Source: a virus
Taxonomy: Duplodnaviria > Caudoviricetes
DNA: 64,000 nucleotides
IMG/VR virus record: IMGVR_UViG_3300032167_000004
Location: 32,001-96,000 of that record
Reading direction: 5' to 3' (one strand)
The notes beneath the pieces were generated by a model. It was given only the letters and a program-made list of their open reading frames with translations, was not told the DNA's origin and did no database searches. This document shows positions 21,805-31,939 of the stretch, in pieces (positions within the stretch are counted from its first letter, which is position 1; each line of letters begins with the position of its first letter). A program made the position numbers and the translations under genes.

Positions 21805-22492
21805 GTTTCTTCTCCTCCTTAAATTCATCCTGAGGAATAGTGATTTCAGAATCATCATCACCATTCATCAAACGATATTTTGCCTGCTCAAAGCTTTCAA
21901 AACTTTCTCCAGCAGGAGTCATATGGTCAACAATCCACTGTTGAACAATACTTGCTGTAGTACGTTTCATATCATTTTCAATTTTTGCTCTCTTTTTATT
22001 ATCTTTAGGTACTCCATATTTAATATATACAACTTCCCATTCATCACGATCAATTGTTTTAGCAATAAACTGAGTACCTTTAAAGAATTTGTCTTTATCT
22101 TCAGGAAGATTAAAGATATAATATACATATCTATCTTTCCAAAGTTCTTTGAGAACTTCCATGTCTTTAACAATCTCATTATCTTTATTGTTAAAGATAT
22201 CAAAAAAGCTTTTAATACCAACTAATACCGGAATCACTCTATGTATGATTTTTCTCATTAGTAAAAGACTATCTTTAACTAATTTCATTTCAAGTTGGAT
22301 AATAATAAAATCTGTCTCTACATCTCTGATAACTTTAATACTATGGGATTTCCGTTTCCGGTTTTTGAACCTGTGTTTAAAATATTTATAATCTTCAGAT
22401 AAAATACCAACTGTCTTGAGTTCTTTGATTATTGCGTTTAATAATGCAACAATCCATTCCATGAATTCTTTTTGGATTTTGAGTGTTAACAT
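21797..22492 (-). CDS. Hypothetical protein
   Basis: 231 aa; AAAGGA SD; early promoter motif at 22547-22560. Confidence 0.75.
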   Translation of the reverse strand: MLTLKIQKEFMEWIVALLNAIIKELKTVGILSEDYKYFKHRFKNRKRKSHSIKVIRDVETDFIIIQLEMKLVKDSLLLMRKIIHRVIPVLVGIKSFFDIFNNKDNEIVKDMEVLKELWKDRYVYYIFNLPEDKDKFFKGTQFIAKTIDRDEWEVVYIKYGVPKDNKKRAKIENDMKRTTASIVQQWIVDHMTPAGESFESFEQAKYRLMNGDDDSEITIPQDEFKEEKKHD

Positions 22493-22546
22493 ATGCGTAT
22501 TCCTTTCTAGTTTGTATATTGAGAGTTATTCTTTCTCTCTTATCTT

Positions 22547-22630
22547 AATAATATATATTTGAGTATATTAATTTTACGAATTTTCTATGTTCCTACAAAT
22601 GGTTAAACTTCTTTATAAATATATATTATT
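22547..22630. promoter_or_regulatory. Divergent pair of early promoter motifs
   Basis: AAATATATATTATT on minus (22547-22560) and plus (22617-22630). Confidence 0.65.
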
Positions 22631-22649
22631 AATATGAGGTGATTATGTA

Positions 22650-22892
22650 ATGGATAAACTTGATAAAGAGTTAGCTATAGAAAAATTCACTAAAACTATG
22701 AGAGGATCTTTAAATGATATTGAAAAATTAATATCATTCTTAAATATTGAAGATACTAAGCATAAGAAACTATTAGAAGAATCAATTAAAATGATTGATA
22801 AAAAACTTAATAAAGTTGAAAAATGTGATAGTATTGAAGAAACTAAAAAGTATATAAAAGTTAAAAAGGTGATTAAAAAATATGGAGAATAA
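22650..22892 (+). CDS. Hypothetical protein
   Basis: 80 aa; GAGGTGA SD. Confidence 0.75.
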   Translation: MDKLDKELAIEKFTKTMRGSLNDIEKLISFLNIEDTKHKKLLEESIKMIDKKLNKVEKCDSIEETKKYIKVKKVIKKYGE

Positions 22893-23358
22893 GGAACCTA
22901 AACATGTATATATTTTTGGTAACAAATCATTAGGATTTCATGGCCATACTTATTATAAAGATGAAGCTAAGAAAATTTTAAAAGCTAGAAAAGGTCTTAA
23001 AGTAAAGAAAATTAAAAATGATAAGTATTGTAAAGCTGTTTTATCAGTTAATACTGAATTTATAAATTATTATGAAGGAACTTATGTGACTTGTGATGAA
23101 GAAGAATATTTTTTAGAATCTTTTCAACAATTTCAACAAGATGTATTAAAGCAAATTGATACATTAATAGATAATATTAAATTCTTTAAATTAACAGAAG
23201 AAGAAAAATACCTTATGAAATATCTTATAGATTATTTACTTGATTATCAAGATTATATGTTGCGTGGTCAATATGAAGATGGGGGAGAAGCTTATGAATC
23301 TTTATTTAATAATAGTGAAGCAATGAGATGGTTCGTTGCTAATGTATTAGATCCATAA
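22882..23358 (+). CDS. Hypothetical protein (paralog of 23358-23870)
   Basis: 158 aa; overlaps upstream stop; shared N-terminal YI...G.T..K....L..RKG pattern. Confidence 0.75.
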   Translation: MENKEPKHVYIFGNKSLGFHGHTYYKDEAKKILKARKGLKVKKIKNDKYCKAVLSVNTEFINYYEGTYVTCDEEEYFLESFQQFQQDVLKQIDTLIDNIKFFKLTEEEKYLMKYLIDYLLDYQDYMLRGQYEDGGEAYESLFNNSEAMRWFVANVLDP

Positions 23359-23870
23359 TGAAATATTATATTATATTTAAAGATAACCACTTCATAGGAT
23401 ACACCACAGATAAAAATCTATTAGATAATTTTCTTAATAATCGTAAAGGAAAATATAAGGTAAAGAAACTTAATGAGGATGAAATACCTGATGAAATAAG
23501 AAATTCATTTGAATTTAGTAATTATGAATTAGTAGAATATTGTGATTATTATACTACTAATGATGCTGTAATATTTAACTATGAATATATTGATATGGAA
23601 GAATATATGAGTAGAGATTGTTTAGCATTACAACATCTACTAAAGTTTGTATTACAAAATTTAAATCTTATGAATTTTAATGATGAAGATAGAAAAATTA
23701 TTCAATACAGTTTTTATAAATTATATGATGATCTGAATGCTATAACAGATAGTAATGAGGTTATATATGATGAGATAATTAATATTAATAAATATCTGTA
23801 TGATAGATATTTACCAAATAGAAAAGATACTAAGGATATAATCGAAAATTCCACTTTACAAGATTGGTAA
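23358..23870 (+). CDS. Hypothetical protein (paralog of 22882-23358)
   Basis: 170 aa; TAATG coupling. Confidence 0.75.
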   Translation: MKYYIIFKDNHFIGYTTDKNLLDNFLNNRKGKYKVKKLNEDEIPDEIRNSFEFSNYELVEYCDYYTTNDAVIFNYEYIDMEEYMSRDCLALQHLLKFVLQNLNLMNFNDEDRKIIQYSFYKLYDDLNAITDSNEVIYDEIININKYLYDRYLPNRKDTKDIIENSTLQDW

Positions 23871-23905
23871 CATAAATGTAATAAAGAATTGTGAGGTGGT
23901 AATCG

Positions 23906-24565
23906 TTGAGAGTACCAAAGGTTGAGAATTATAGTAATGAGAAGTTATTTGAAGTATTAAATATTTCAAATGTACCTAAAGTACAAATGGAATATATTGT
24001 CATGTCAGATAAAGATAAGATTAGATTGATAAAACATATTGAGTCTATTGTTAGAAAATCTATTGAGTATAAGGATTATATTAAATTCTTAAAAGAACAC
24101 ATCGACATGACAGAATGTACATTCTTTGAAAAAGTAACTAATAAGAATCCTAATTCTGGAATTTCCATTGAGATTCATCATGAACCTATGGATTTATTCA
24201 CTATTGTACAAACTGTAGTTGACAAATGGATTGATTTGGATATGGATGTTAATCCTTTACTTATTGCTGAAGAAGTGATGGAATTACACTATAAAAATCA
24301 AGTTGGTTTAGTACCTTTATCTGCTACAGTACATCAGTTATATCATGATGGAAAAATATTTATTCCATTACAGAATGTGTATGGTAATTATTTATCTTTC
24401 ATCGAAGAATATGGTACTTATATAAGTGATAGTACACAGAATATTCTTCAGACTAAATTAAGAATGTCTAAAGAAATTATTAATCCTGACACATCTATAC
24501 TTGAAAAGAAATATGTATATTTGAATGTGGATGGATTCAATTTACCTCAAGTGATTGAGCAATAA
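23906..24565 (+). CDS. His-motif (HNH-like) conserved protein, paralog of 31286-31939
   Basis: C...IEIHHEP...LSATVHQLYH; late promoter at 23869-23880; GAGGTGG SD. Confidence 0.65.
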   Translation: MRVPKVENYSNEKLFEVLNISNVPKVQMEYIVMSDKDKIRLIKHIESIVRKSIEYKDYIKFLKEHIDMTECTFFEKVTNKNPNSGISIEIHHEPMDLFTIVQTVVDKWIDLDMDVNPLLIAEEVMELHYKNQVGLVPLSATVHQLYHDGKIFIPLQNVYGNYLSFIEEYGTYISDSTQNILQTKLRMSKEIINPDTSILEKKYVYLNVDGFNLPQVIEQ

Positions 24566-24635
24566 AAAAATAAATACAAGATATAAGTTTTAAAACTTAT
24601 ATCTTGTATTTTTAATGTAAAAAAGGAGAATTAAT

Positions 24636-25082
24636 GTGGGAAATCATAGATATTATAGAATATGTGTAAATGGTAAAAAAGACCATTCTACAGGAGGTTA
24701 TACAGCTCAATATATACGAGAAAATATATTAAATGATAATTTTGATCCTATTAAGTATATAACTCATAATAATTATGATATTAATAATATTTTTAATATT
24801 TCATTTGTTAGTATAAAAACTTCTAATGATAGAACTACAAAAAATATTGAGGATATTATCATCTTTACTTATGAGAATGGTATAAAGTTGAATAATATTA
24901 AATTCTGTATGATTCATTATTCTACTCGATTAGCTGATGAATTTTGTAATAATGTTATTAATTTGAAATCAATACTTTCCAATAATATTATATCATTCGA
25001 TGACACACATATAACACAACCAATAAAAACAGGATTACATGGTGAGTATGTGTATAAGTTTAAAGGATGGAAAACTAAATGA
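24636..25082 (+). CDS. Hypothetical protein
   Basis: 148 aa; AAGGAG SD; GTG start. Confidence 0.7.
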   Translation: MGNHRYYRICVNGKKDHSTGGYTAQYIRENILNDNFDPIKYITHNNYDINNIFNISFVSIKTSNDRTTKNIEDIIIFTYENGIKLNNIKFCMIHYSTRLADEFCNNVINLKSILSNNIISFDDTHITQPIKTGLHGEYVYKFKGWKTK

Positions 25083-25672
25083 TAAATATAAACTTATTTA
25101 CAGATGGTGGAAGTTTTAAGAAAGGAAAAGTGGCAGTCTCTACAGGACGGATGTATGTGGATAGAAAGAAGGTATTAACTTATGAAAAAGTAATATTATG
25201 GAAATCGAGTACATTTGCTGAACTATTTGCTATTAATAAAATACTTTCACGAGCATATGGTTATTGTGTGCAGAAAAATATATTAGATGATGATTTTCAT
25301 ATCAGTATCTATACAGATTCATTAACATCTATAAGTATTATATTATCAGATAAGAACTGTGTAGATGATACATTCAGTAATACAATTATTAATGAGATTA
25401 AAGATACTATTAGTAAATTTAATAATAAAGTATCTTTTTATCATATTAAATCTCATGTATCAGGTCATAAATTAAGAGAAGCTCATAATGAATTCTGTAA
25501 AAGAAATAATGTAGAAATCTCATTCGATGACTTTTTATTCATTTATCAACAAAATAAAAAGTGTGATAATATAGTTTCTAAAGAATATAAAAAGTATAAT
25601 AAACAATTAAAAATAAAAGAATCATTGATTAAATCGAAAAATATCGATTATGAAAATCAAATACTTTTATAA
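25079..25672 (+). CDS. rnhA: Ribonuclease H-like protein
   Basis: FTDGG, AELFAI, YTDS, HIKSH and N..CD motifs. Confidence 0.8.
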   Translation: MININLFTDGGSFKKGKVAVSTGRMYVDRKKVLTYEKVILWKSSTFAELFAINKILSRAYGYCVQKNILDDDFHISIYTDSLTSISIILSDKNCVDDTFSNTIINEIKDTISKFNNKVSFYHIKSHVSGHKLREAHNEFCKRNNVEISFDDFLFIYQQNKKCDNIVSKEYKKYNKQLKIKESLIKSKNIDYENQILL

Positions 25673-25724
25673 TTATATATTATATCAGTATAGTCAAGAA
25701 ACTATAATATTAAAATTTAAGTAG

Positions 25725-26777
25725 GTGACATCATTGATTAATATTAACGTGACTCCGGCTAGAAATAATTTTGTTAAACGAGATTCTCGTTTGATGGAAG
25801 TATATGTTTTAGACTATGGTGATAATTATCATCGAGGTGATAATGAACCAAGTACGGAGTTTGAAAGGGAAGTTCGTAACATTAAAGCAAGATATAGAGA
25901 TATTAATAAATATTATTATGCTATGTCATTATATAAAGAATATATGGAATATCTTGCTGAAAAACATGGAGGTATGGATCTTTTTAAGCTTAAGAAAAAG
26001 AGAGGTCTTATCGAAGACTATGTTCCTCCGAAGCCTAGAATTAAAAATACTAAAGAATTAAAGTTCTTAAAGAAGCATAATATTATTGTAAGTAATACCG
26101 GTAGATATTTAATTGATGATGATAAATTTGATGAATATCTTGAAGAGAATTATTATAGTCCTAATTCTAAAGGAGAAGATACTATAGTAAAACAATCTAA
26201 AGATAAAATTGTTGAAGATATCTACTATGATAGTTCTTCTAATACTAAGATGAAAAATATTAAGTCTCAAAGTTTTAAAGACGACTTTGATTATCTTGAT
26301 AACTATTTTAGAAATAAAAACTTTAATTCTAAGAAAGATAAAAAGAAAAAGAAGAAGAAAAATAAAGATAATAATAAGGTTCTAATTAGTGAACTTATGA
26401 GAGCTGATTATGACCAATATTATTATGGTAAGGATGAATATATGGAGGATAGTGATACTGGATATGCTGTATATAATAATATGATGCTATCTACAGGCAC
26501 TATGAAAGAACTTGATATTTATCATAAGTTGAATGATCTTGGTTGGAATTCTTATAAACTTATGAAGAAGAACTCTTATAGTAAACGTGTTGCCAGTGTA
26601 TTTAAACCTCCTAAGAAGAAAAAGAAAAATAAGAAAAAATCCGCATATAATAAAGATTATGATGGATTGTTAATTGATATTATGACTGATAGTGGATTCG
26701 ATACAGACGATATGGATTCATTCGCAGAATTTCAGAAAGAGATGTTAAATATGACATCTGCAAATGTTTTTAAATAA
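25725..26777 (+). CDS. Hypothetical protein with poly-Lys tracts
   Basis: 350 aa; behind an early-like motif at 25671-25684. Confidence 0.75.
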   Translation: MTSLININVTPARNNFVKRDSRLMEVYVLDYGDNYHRGDNEPSTEFEREVRNIKARYRDINKYYYAMSLYKEYMEYLAEKHGGMDLFKLKKKRGLIEDYVPPKPRIKNTKELKFLKKHNIIVSNTGRYLIDDDKFDEYLEENYYSPNSKGEDTIVKQSKDKIVEDIYYDSSSNTKMKNIKSQSFKDDFDYLDNYFRNKNFNSKKDKKKKKKKNKDNNKVLISELMRADYDQYYYGKDEYMEDSDTGYAVYNNMMLSTGTMKELDIYHKLNDLGWNSYKLMKKNSYSKRVASVFKPPKKKKKNKKKSAYNKDYDGLLIDIMTDSGFDTDDMDSFAEFQKEMLNMTSANVFK

Positions 26778-26799
26778 AATTAGAAAGTGTGATATTAAC

Positions 26800-28284
26800 A
26801 TGAGTGAAGTTAGAAGTAGAATCTTACAATTTATGAATGAAGATCTATTAGTTAGATTAAACTCTATTGCATTAGATGTATTGATTCCAGATAATAATAC
26901 AAAAATGAATTTGTATATTGCAGCTCTTGAAGAACATAATATCCCATATCAGGAATTAGGTCCAGGCACAAACCGTGGAGCCTTTCTTATTGATGGTTAT
27001 GTATTTAAGATTGCATTTGATAAAGCTGGTATGAATGATAATTTTTCTGAATTATCATTATCTCAACAGTTACAACCATTTGTAACTAAATGTTATGAAT
27101 GTAGTGGTAATGGATTGATTGCTGTACAAGAATATGTGACGGTAATATCCAAAGAAGAATTTAACAATAGTAAAGAGGAAGTGCGTCAAATTCTTTCTCA
27201 TCTTGCTGAAAGTTATCTTCTTGGTGATGTTGGAAGTGTAACTAAAAACTTTATGAATTGGGGATATCGAGAAGATGGATCTCTTGTTATTCTTGATTAT
27301 GCTTATATTTATAGAGTGATTGGTGATGAATTACTTTGTGGTGGTATTAATCCAGATGATACATTTTGTCAGTATCCTCTTGATTATGATATCAATTTCC
27401 ATAAGTTAATTTGCCCTAAATGTCGAAAAGAATATACTTTCCATGAAATTAGAAGACGAATCAGTCAAGAGTATGAAGAAAAAGAAAGAGAAATGATTAA
27501 AAATATTGCATATAAGGTTACACAACCTTCACAAAAAATTAATAAGAATATTGACACAACTATTGTGAAAGAAAATAATGAAGGAGACAATATTATGAGT
27601 AAACATAAATATGAATATTTAGAAGAAAATAATATTAATGAAGAAGCCCTCTATGAGGATGCTATTGAATTTATGAGAAAAGGTACTCCTGTAGTTGAGG
27701 AGAAAGATACTGAATCTCATGATGTTATCGTTGATGATAATGAAGCTGTTGATGAAGCAGCTGATGCTATTGTAAATGCTTCTGATGAAATTGTTATTAA
27801 TGAAGTTGAATCTGAAGAAGAATCGGATGAGAATATTATTAATATCATTAATGATGTATTTGAAGAAGCAATTAATGAATTTGAAAATGAAGAGCTAATT
27901 GATGCTGATAATGAAACTATTTCTGAAACAGTTGAAGTAGAAGAAGCATACGAAGATGCTATTGAAGAGTTATCTTCTGAATATCATTCAAATTCTATAA
28001 TGGATGTAGTTGAACCTGAAAATGGTAATATGACTACTGCTAATATTCTTGAAGGTCTCGACGTTACGTCAATGACTACTGTAACTAAGATTGAAACTGC
28101 TTCTAATGATACTGTAACCATTGAATCTAATGATACTGTAATTCTTACTACTCCTGATAATGTAGATAAGATGCGTGAAATGCTTGTTGCTGATCTTAAT
28201 GAGAAGTATGAAGAATATGATGATATGTTTGGTCAGCATAATGGTTTCCATAAGATTCCTAAGAAGAAGAGAGATTTTAATTAA
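26800..28284 (+). CDS. Protein-kinase-like domain + Zn finger + long acidic tail
   Basis: GPGTNR...FKIA, QEY, GDV...NWG, ILDYAY; CPKC; D/E-rich C-half. Confidence 0.6.
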   Translation: MSEVRSRILQFMNEDLLVRLNSIALDVLIPDNNTKMNLYIAALEEHNIPYQELGPGTNRGAFLIDGYVFKIAFDKAGMNDNFSELSLSQQLQPFVTKCYECSGNGLIAVQEYVTVISKEEFNNSKEEVRQILSHLAESYLLGDVGSVTKNFMNWGYREDGSLVILDYAYIYRVIGDELLCGGINPDDTFCQYPLDYDINFHKLICPKCRKEYTFHEIRRRISQEYEEKEREMIKNIAYKVTQPSQKINKNIDTTIVKENNEGDNIMSKHKYEYLEENNINEEALYEDAIEFMRKGTPVVEEKDTESHDVIVDDNEAVDEAADAIVNASDEIVINEVESEEESDENIINIINDVFEEAINEFENEELIDADNETISETVEVEEAYEDAIEELSSEYHSNSIMDVVEPENGNMTTANILEGLDVTSMTTVTKIETASNDTVTIESNDTVILTTPDNVDKMREMLVADLNEKYEEYDDMFGQHNGFHKIPKKKRDFN

Positions 28285-28320
28285 TATAATATTAAACTTA
28301 TTAAAGGAAGTGTTTTATTA

Positions 28321-28995
28321 ATGGCTTGTATTATTAGAATGAGATCTGATGAATTTCTCGATAAATTTATTAAGAAGCATGATTATAAGAAATTTAATTT
28401 TCTATTAATTTCTGAAGATATTAAGACTACGAATCAGTATAAAAATGTATATGCTATTCCATCTTTAATTCCCCCACCTAATATTATTTCTGATTTTATT
28501 CAGGTGGGATATTCCGAGAAATATATTAAAAATTATTTAGATTATATCCAGACTCCTAGAGTCGAAGCAATGATTACAGTTGCCGTTAAACTTGCAATTA
28601 TAGATAACGCCAATGTCGTCTTGATCTGCTCTAAAGCTGAAGATGAATTTAAATATATTGATATTATTTGTCAGTATATTGAAAATATCTATGGGGTTAA
28701 AACTTATAGTTATAAGAAATATAGAAAAGATCCTGAAGCATGTGAAACTATTAATGATAAGGTAAAAAAGAAAGTAGCTAAGGTTCTTGAAAAGAAAATT
28801 GGTGAAATCCAAGATATTGATCCTTATAAAATTCCTCATAAAAAAGAAATTCGTGCATTTGTTAAGCCTCTTGGTAAAAAACAAATGACTAAGATGCTTA
28901 GAGAACACGGCATTAAGCACAATCCTAAAGATTCTAAGAAAGATCTTAAGAAACTTGTTAGTTTAATGATTGCTGAAGGACGTATTAGAGTTTAA
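28321..28995 (+). CDS. Hypothetical protein with C-terminal HeH/SAP-like helix pair
   Basis: 224 aa; LREHGIKHNPKDSKKDLKKL. Confidence 0.7.
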   Translation: MACIIRMRSDEFLDKFIKKHDYKKFNFLLISEDIKTTNQYKNVYAIPSLIPPPNIISDFIQVGYSEKYIKNYLDYIQTPRVEAMITVAVKLAIIDNANVVLICSKAEDEFKYIDIICQYIENIYGVKTYSYKKYRKDPEACETINDKVKKKVAKVLEKKIGEIQDIDPYKIPHKKEIRAFVKPLGKKQMTKMLREHGIKHNPKDSKKDLKKLVSLMIAEGRIRV

Positions 28996-29054
28996 ATATA
29001 TAAGGTACTAGACTTATTTGCCTAGTACCTTATATTTATTAATCAAAAAGTATA

Positions 29055-29776
29055 ATAATATCAATGGAATCACATGAATCAAGGATGCAGATAAATAGTA
29101 TCATACGGGGATAATGAATCATTGACAAGGATCGCATCATTATATTTAAATGAATCATTGAAGATCATTGTGTCATTTTATTGAAATGAATCAGGGTGGA
29201 TTATAGTATCATTTGAGTCTAATGAATCATTTGTCATTATAAAGGTATCAGGATAGTTAAATGAATCGTAATTAGCAGATAGTATCCGATGAATACAATG
29301 AATCAGGGTGACTGAAATTTGTAACATTTGAGCCTAATGAATCATCTTGAATTTATAGAAACATTGAATGGGAATGAATCGACTATGAATAAAGTATCAA
29401 GGAACATGTGAATGAAACATGAACACATAATAGTATCATCAGGTTCTAATGAATCATTACATATAATAGTATCAATGATCTGAACATGAATCATATGACA
29501 ATAAAAAAGTATCAGAATAGATTAATGAATCATGTTATAAAAAAGTATCATATAGGTATCAATGAGCCAGAGTGACTGACAATATGTATCATTCAAGTCT
29601 AGTGAATCGTGTGGGTAAAAGTATCTTGATATGATCAATGAATCATACCATAACAAATAGTATCAATAAATGCTAATGAATCAGTTATTATCATAGTATC
29701 AGTTGTTATGAATAAATCAGGATGCAATAAATATCATCATACTTGAGAAATGAATCAGGTATTGTTATTGAATCAG
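29055..29776 (+). repeat. TIGR-like dual-repeat guide-RNA array 2 (~20 units), orphan (no adjacent tas gene)
   Basis: Same alternating ATGAATCA / AGTATCA repeats with ~9-nt spacers and ~36-39 nt period; bounded by a hairpin (28999-29036) and a terminator. Confidence 0.87.
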
Positions 29777-29787
29777 ATATTAAAATG

Positions 29788-29826
29788 AAATACAGATTAT
29801 CTATATAGATAATCTGTATTTTTTTA
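29788..29826 (+). terminator. Terminator after array 2
   Basis: AATACAGATTATCTATATAGATAATCTGTATT palindrome followed by a T-run. Confidence 0.85.
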
Positions 29827-29861
29827 AATATATATTATTACTTTAATTAGGAGGTGATAAT

Positions 29862-30617
29862 ATGTTATATGAAAAGCATAATTATCTTAATAAAGATATT
29901 GAATATTTAATCAATCAGGAAATTACAGAGTATGATATTAAAAGTGCTGGTTTTAATATTTGTAAAAAATACCATTTGCTAGATGATAAGAAAATAAATC
30001 ATTTAGAATCTTTAGATAAGAAACGTAGACAAATCACATTGGGCTTATATCAACAACATGATCAAGAATTTAAAGAAATTTTAAATTCCAAATTTGTGGA
30101 AGTAAGAAAAGAATTTTTTGAAGCAAATGATTTGAAAGATGAAGATGTATTATCAATAAAGAAAGACGCTATAATAACCCTTAGAAAATGTTATAATACA
30201 GAATTTGATAATATAATATTTTCTGATAAAAATAATTATTCATCTTATTTTTATATAAATAAATTTGAATTTTATATTAATCCCACAATTATACATGTTA
30301 AGGGTATATCTGATGATAAATTAGAATTACATAAAGACTATATGTTAGATTTTCTACATAAAATATTTAGGTTATTTGAAACTAATCCGAATAAGAAATA
30401 TATTATTGATAATATACGAGAATTTATTTCTTATTATAAAGATAAACGATTACATATAGGATATTATAGAGAATTAAATAAAGATTCTTTATATAAATTA
30501 AATAGATCATTTATACACGATTATATAGGATTGCAACATGTAAATTCATTAGAGAATATTGATATTTCTTATAATTATATGAAATACATTATTCCTATAA
30601 TTAATATTTTATTATAA
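29862..30617 (+). CDS. Family B DNA polymerase-like palm fragment
   Basis: EYDIKSA, SIKKDAI and HVKG motifs; early promoter motif at 29826-29839. Confidence 0.55.
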   Translation: MLYEKHNYLNKDIEYLINQEITEYDIKSAGFNICKKYHLLDDKKINHLESLDKKRRQITLGLYQQHDQEFKEILNSKFVEVRKEFFEANDLKDEDVLSIKKDAIITLRKCYNTEFDNIIFSDKNNYSSYFYINKFEFYINPTIIHVKGISDDKLELHKDYMLDFLHKIFRLFETNPNKKYIIDNIREFISYYKDKRLHIGYYRELNKDSLYKLNRSFIHDYIGLQHVNSLENIDISYNYMKYIIPIINILL

Positions 30618-30808
30618 TGAGGAATTTAAAAATGATTAAAAGATGGAAAGTAACAGCCGAAATTTATTGGAGTGCTAACCGTGAAGAAACTGTAATTGTG
30701 AAAGCAAATACTCAGAGAAAAGCAGTTCAGTTTGCAAAAGAAAAAATTAAAAAGAAATATCCTGATATTGGTGATATGATCAATATTAGAGATGTTAAAG
30801 AAGTATAA
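30617..30808 (+). CDS. Hypothetical protein
   Basis: 63 aa; coupled to the upstream gene. Confidence 0.65.
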   Translation: MRNLKMIKRWKVTAEIYWSANREETVIVKANTQRKAVQFAKEKIKKKYPDIGDMINIRDVKEV

Positions 30809-30828
30809 AAAATATAACCCAATACGAA

Positions 30829-31281
30829 TTACTTCGTATTGGGTTTATAACTATTAGTATAGTCAATAAATAATGATTGACCAGTTCTTGTTATTTTTTT
30901 TATTAAATAGTCATGTGAATAGTATTTTAAACATTCTGTCATTACATTATTAGATATAGAATTAATGACTTCCTTTACGAATAAAGTTATTTCATCATCC
31001 ATATTAGGGATCATGGTTAAATCACGTAATCTATAATTAATGAAATATTTATTTTTCCATATATCATTAGTAATATAATCGACTATTTCATTACATTCTT
31101 TAAATGATAAAGAAATAGTATTAACATTATGTAATTTTGTTCTAGTCATACTTAGATCATTTTCTAAACTAGAAATTTTATTTTTATATGTATTTTTAGT
31201 ATAATTATATACATATAAAAAAAATCCTAAAATAAATAAAACACACGATACCATTACACAAATTAAAATTAAACTATCCAT
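30829..31281 (-). CDS. Membrane-anchored hypothetical protein
   Basis: N-terminal hydrophobic helix. Confidence 0.7.
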   Translation of the reverse strand: MDSLILICVMVSCVLFILGFFLYVYNYTKNTYKNKISSLENDLSMTRTKLHNVNTISLSFKECNEIVDYITNDIWKNKYFINYRLRDLTMIPNMDDEITLFVKEVINSISNNVMTECLKYYSHDYLIKKITRTGQSLFIDYTNSYKPNTK

Positions 31282-31285
31282 TATG

Positions 31286-31939
31286 TCAACTCCATTTTTT
31301 AATATTTTCTCTTAATGTAAGAGTTCCTTTATCGAAACTATCGTATTTCTCACATGTTTTAATATAATTATTAATTTTTTCAATTTGTTCATTAGAGATA
31401 CCATCTCTATATTTAGATAAGAATCTATTTAAATCACCAAACGCGTGTTTGGTATTTAAAAAGATATTATTATCATGTACTTCTTCATGTACAGTTTTAG
31501 ATAACATGACAATTTGTACATTATTATTAAAATGCTCTTCTAACATTCTGTTAGCTAAACTAAAAGTTGTAATTTTTTTATTATTATATAATGACCAGTC
31601 AATTAATATTGTAATATAATCAAATAAAGTTAATATAGGTCCATGATGCATTTCAATTTCAACTTTAGATTCTTCATCGTCTTGTTTAATATTAGATAAT
31701 ACTTGGCAGAAATTTAATCCAATATCATTTTTAATATATGCTATATATCTAGAGTAATATTTAGATGTACGAACTAAACTCTCTACTGCTTTTACATAAC
31801 CTACAAAATTATCTAAATTTGCAAAATAATCTGTATCTTTATAAAAAGGTAAAGTATAGAGGCTAGTATCACTATCTATTGTAGGATATGTATTGACCTT
31901 TTTGTAGTCAATATTAGGTAAATTCATCATATGTATCAC
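31286..31939 (-). CDS. His-motif (HNH-like) conserved protein, paralog of 23906-24565
   Basis: CQV...IEMHHGP...LSKTVHEEVH; late promoter at 31993-32004. Confidence 0.65.
   Translation of the reverse strand: MIHMMNLPNIDYKKVNTYPTIDSDTSLYTLPFYKDTDYFANLDNFVGYVKAVESLVRTSKYYSRYIAYIKNDIGLNFCQVLSNIKQDDEESKVEIEMHHGPILTLFDYITILIDWSLYNNKKITTFSLANRMLEEHFNNNVQIVMLSKTVHEEVHDNNIFLNTKHAFGDLNRFLSKYRDGISNEQIEKINNYIKTCEKYDSFDKGTLTLRENIKKWS

Noticed and set aside
17756-29776. Self-targeting spacers within this window
   Set aside because: A few A+revcomp(B) reconstructions checked by eye gave no match; the check was not exhaustive and needs a computed search.
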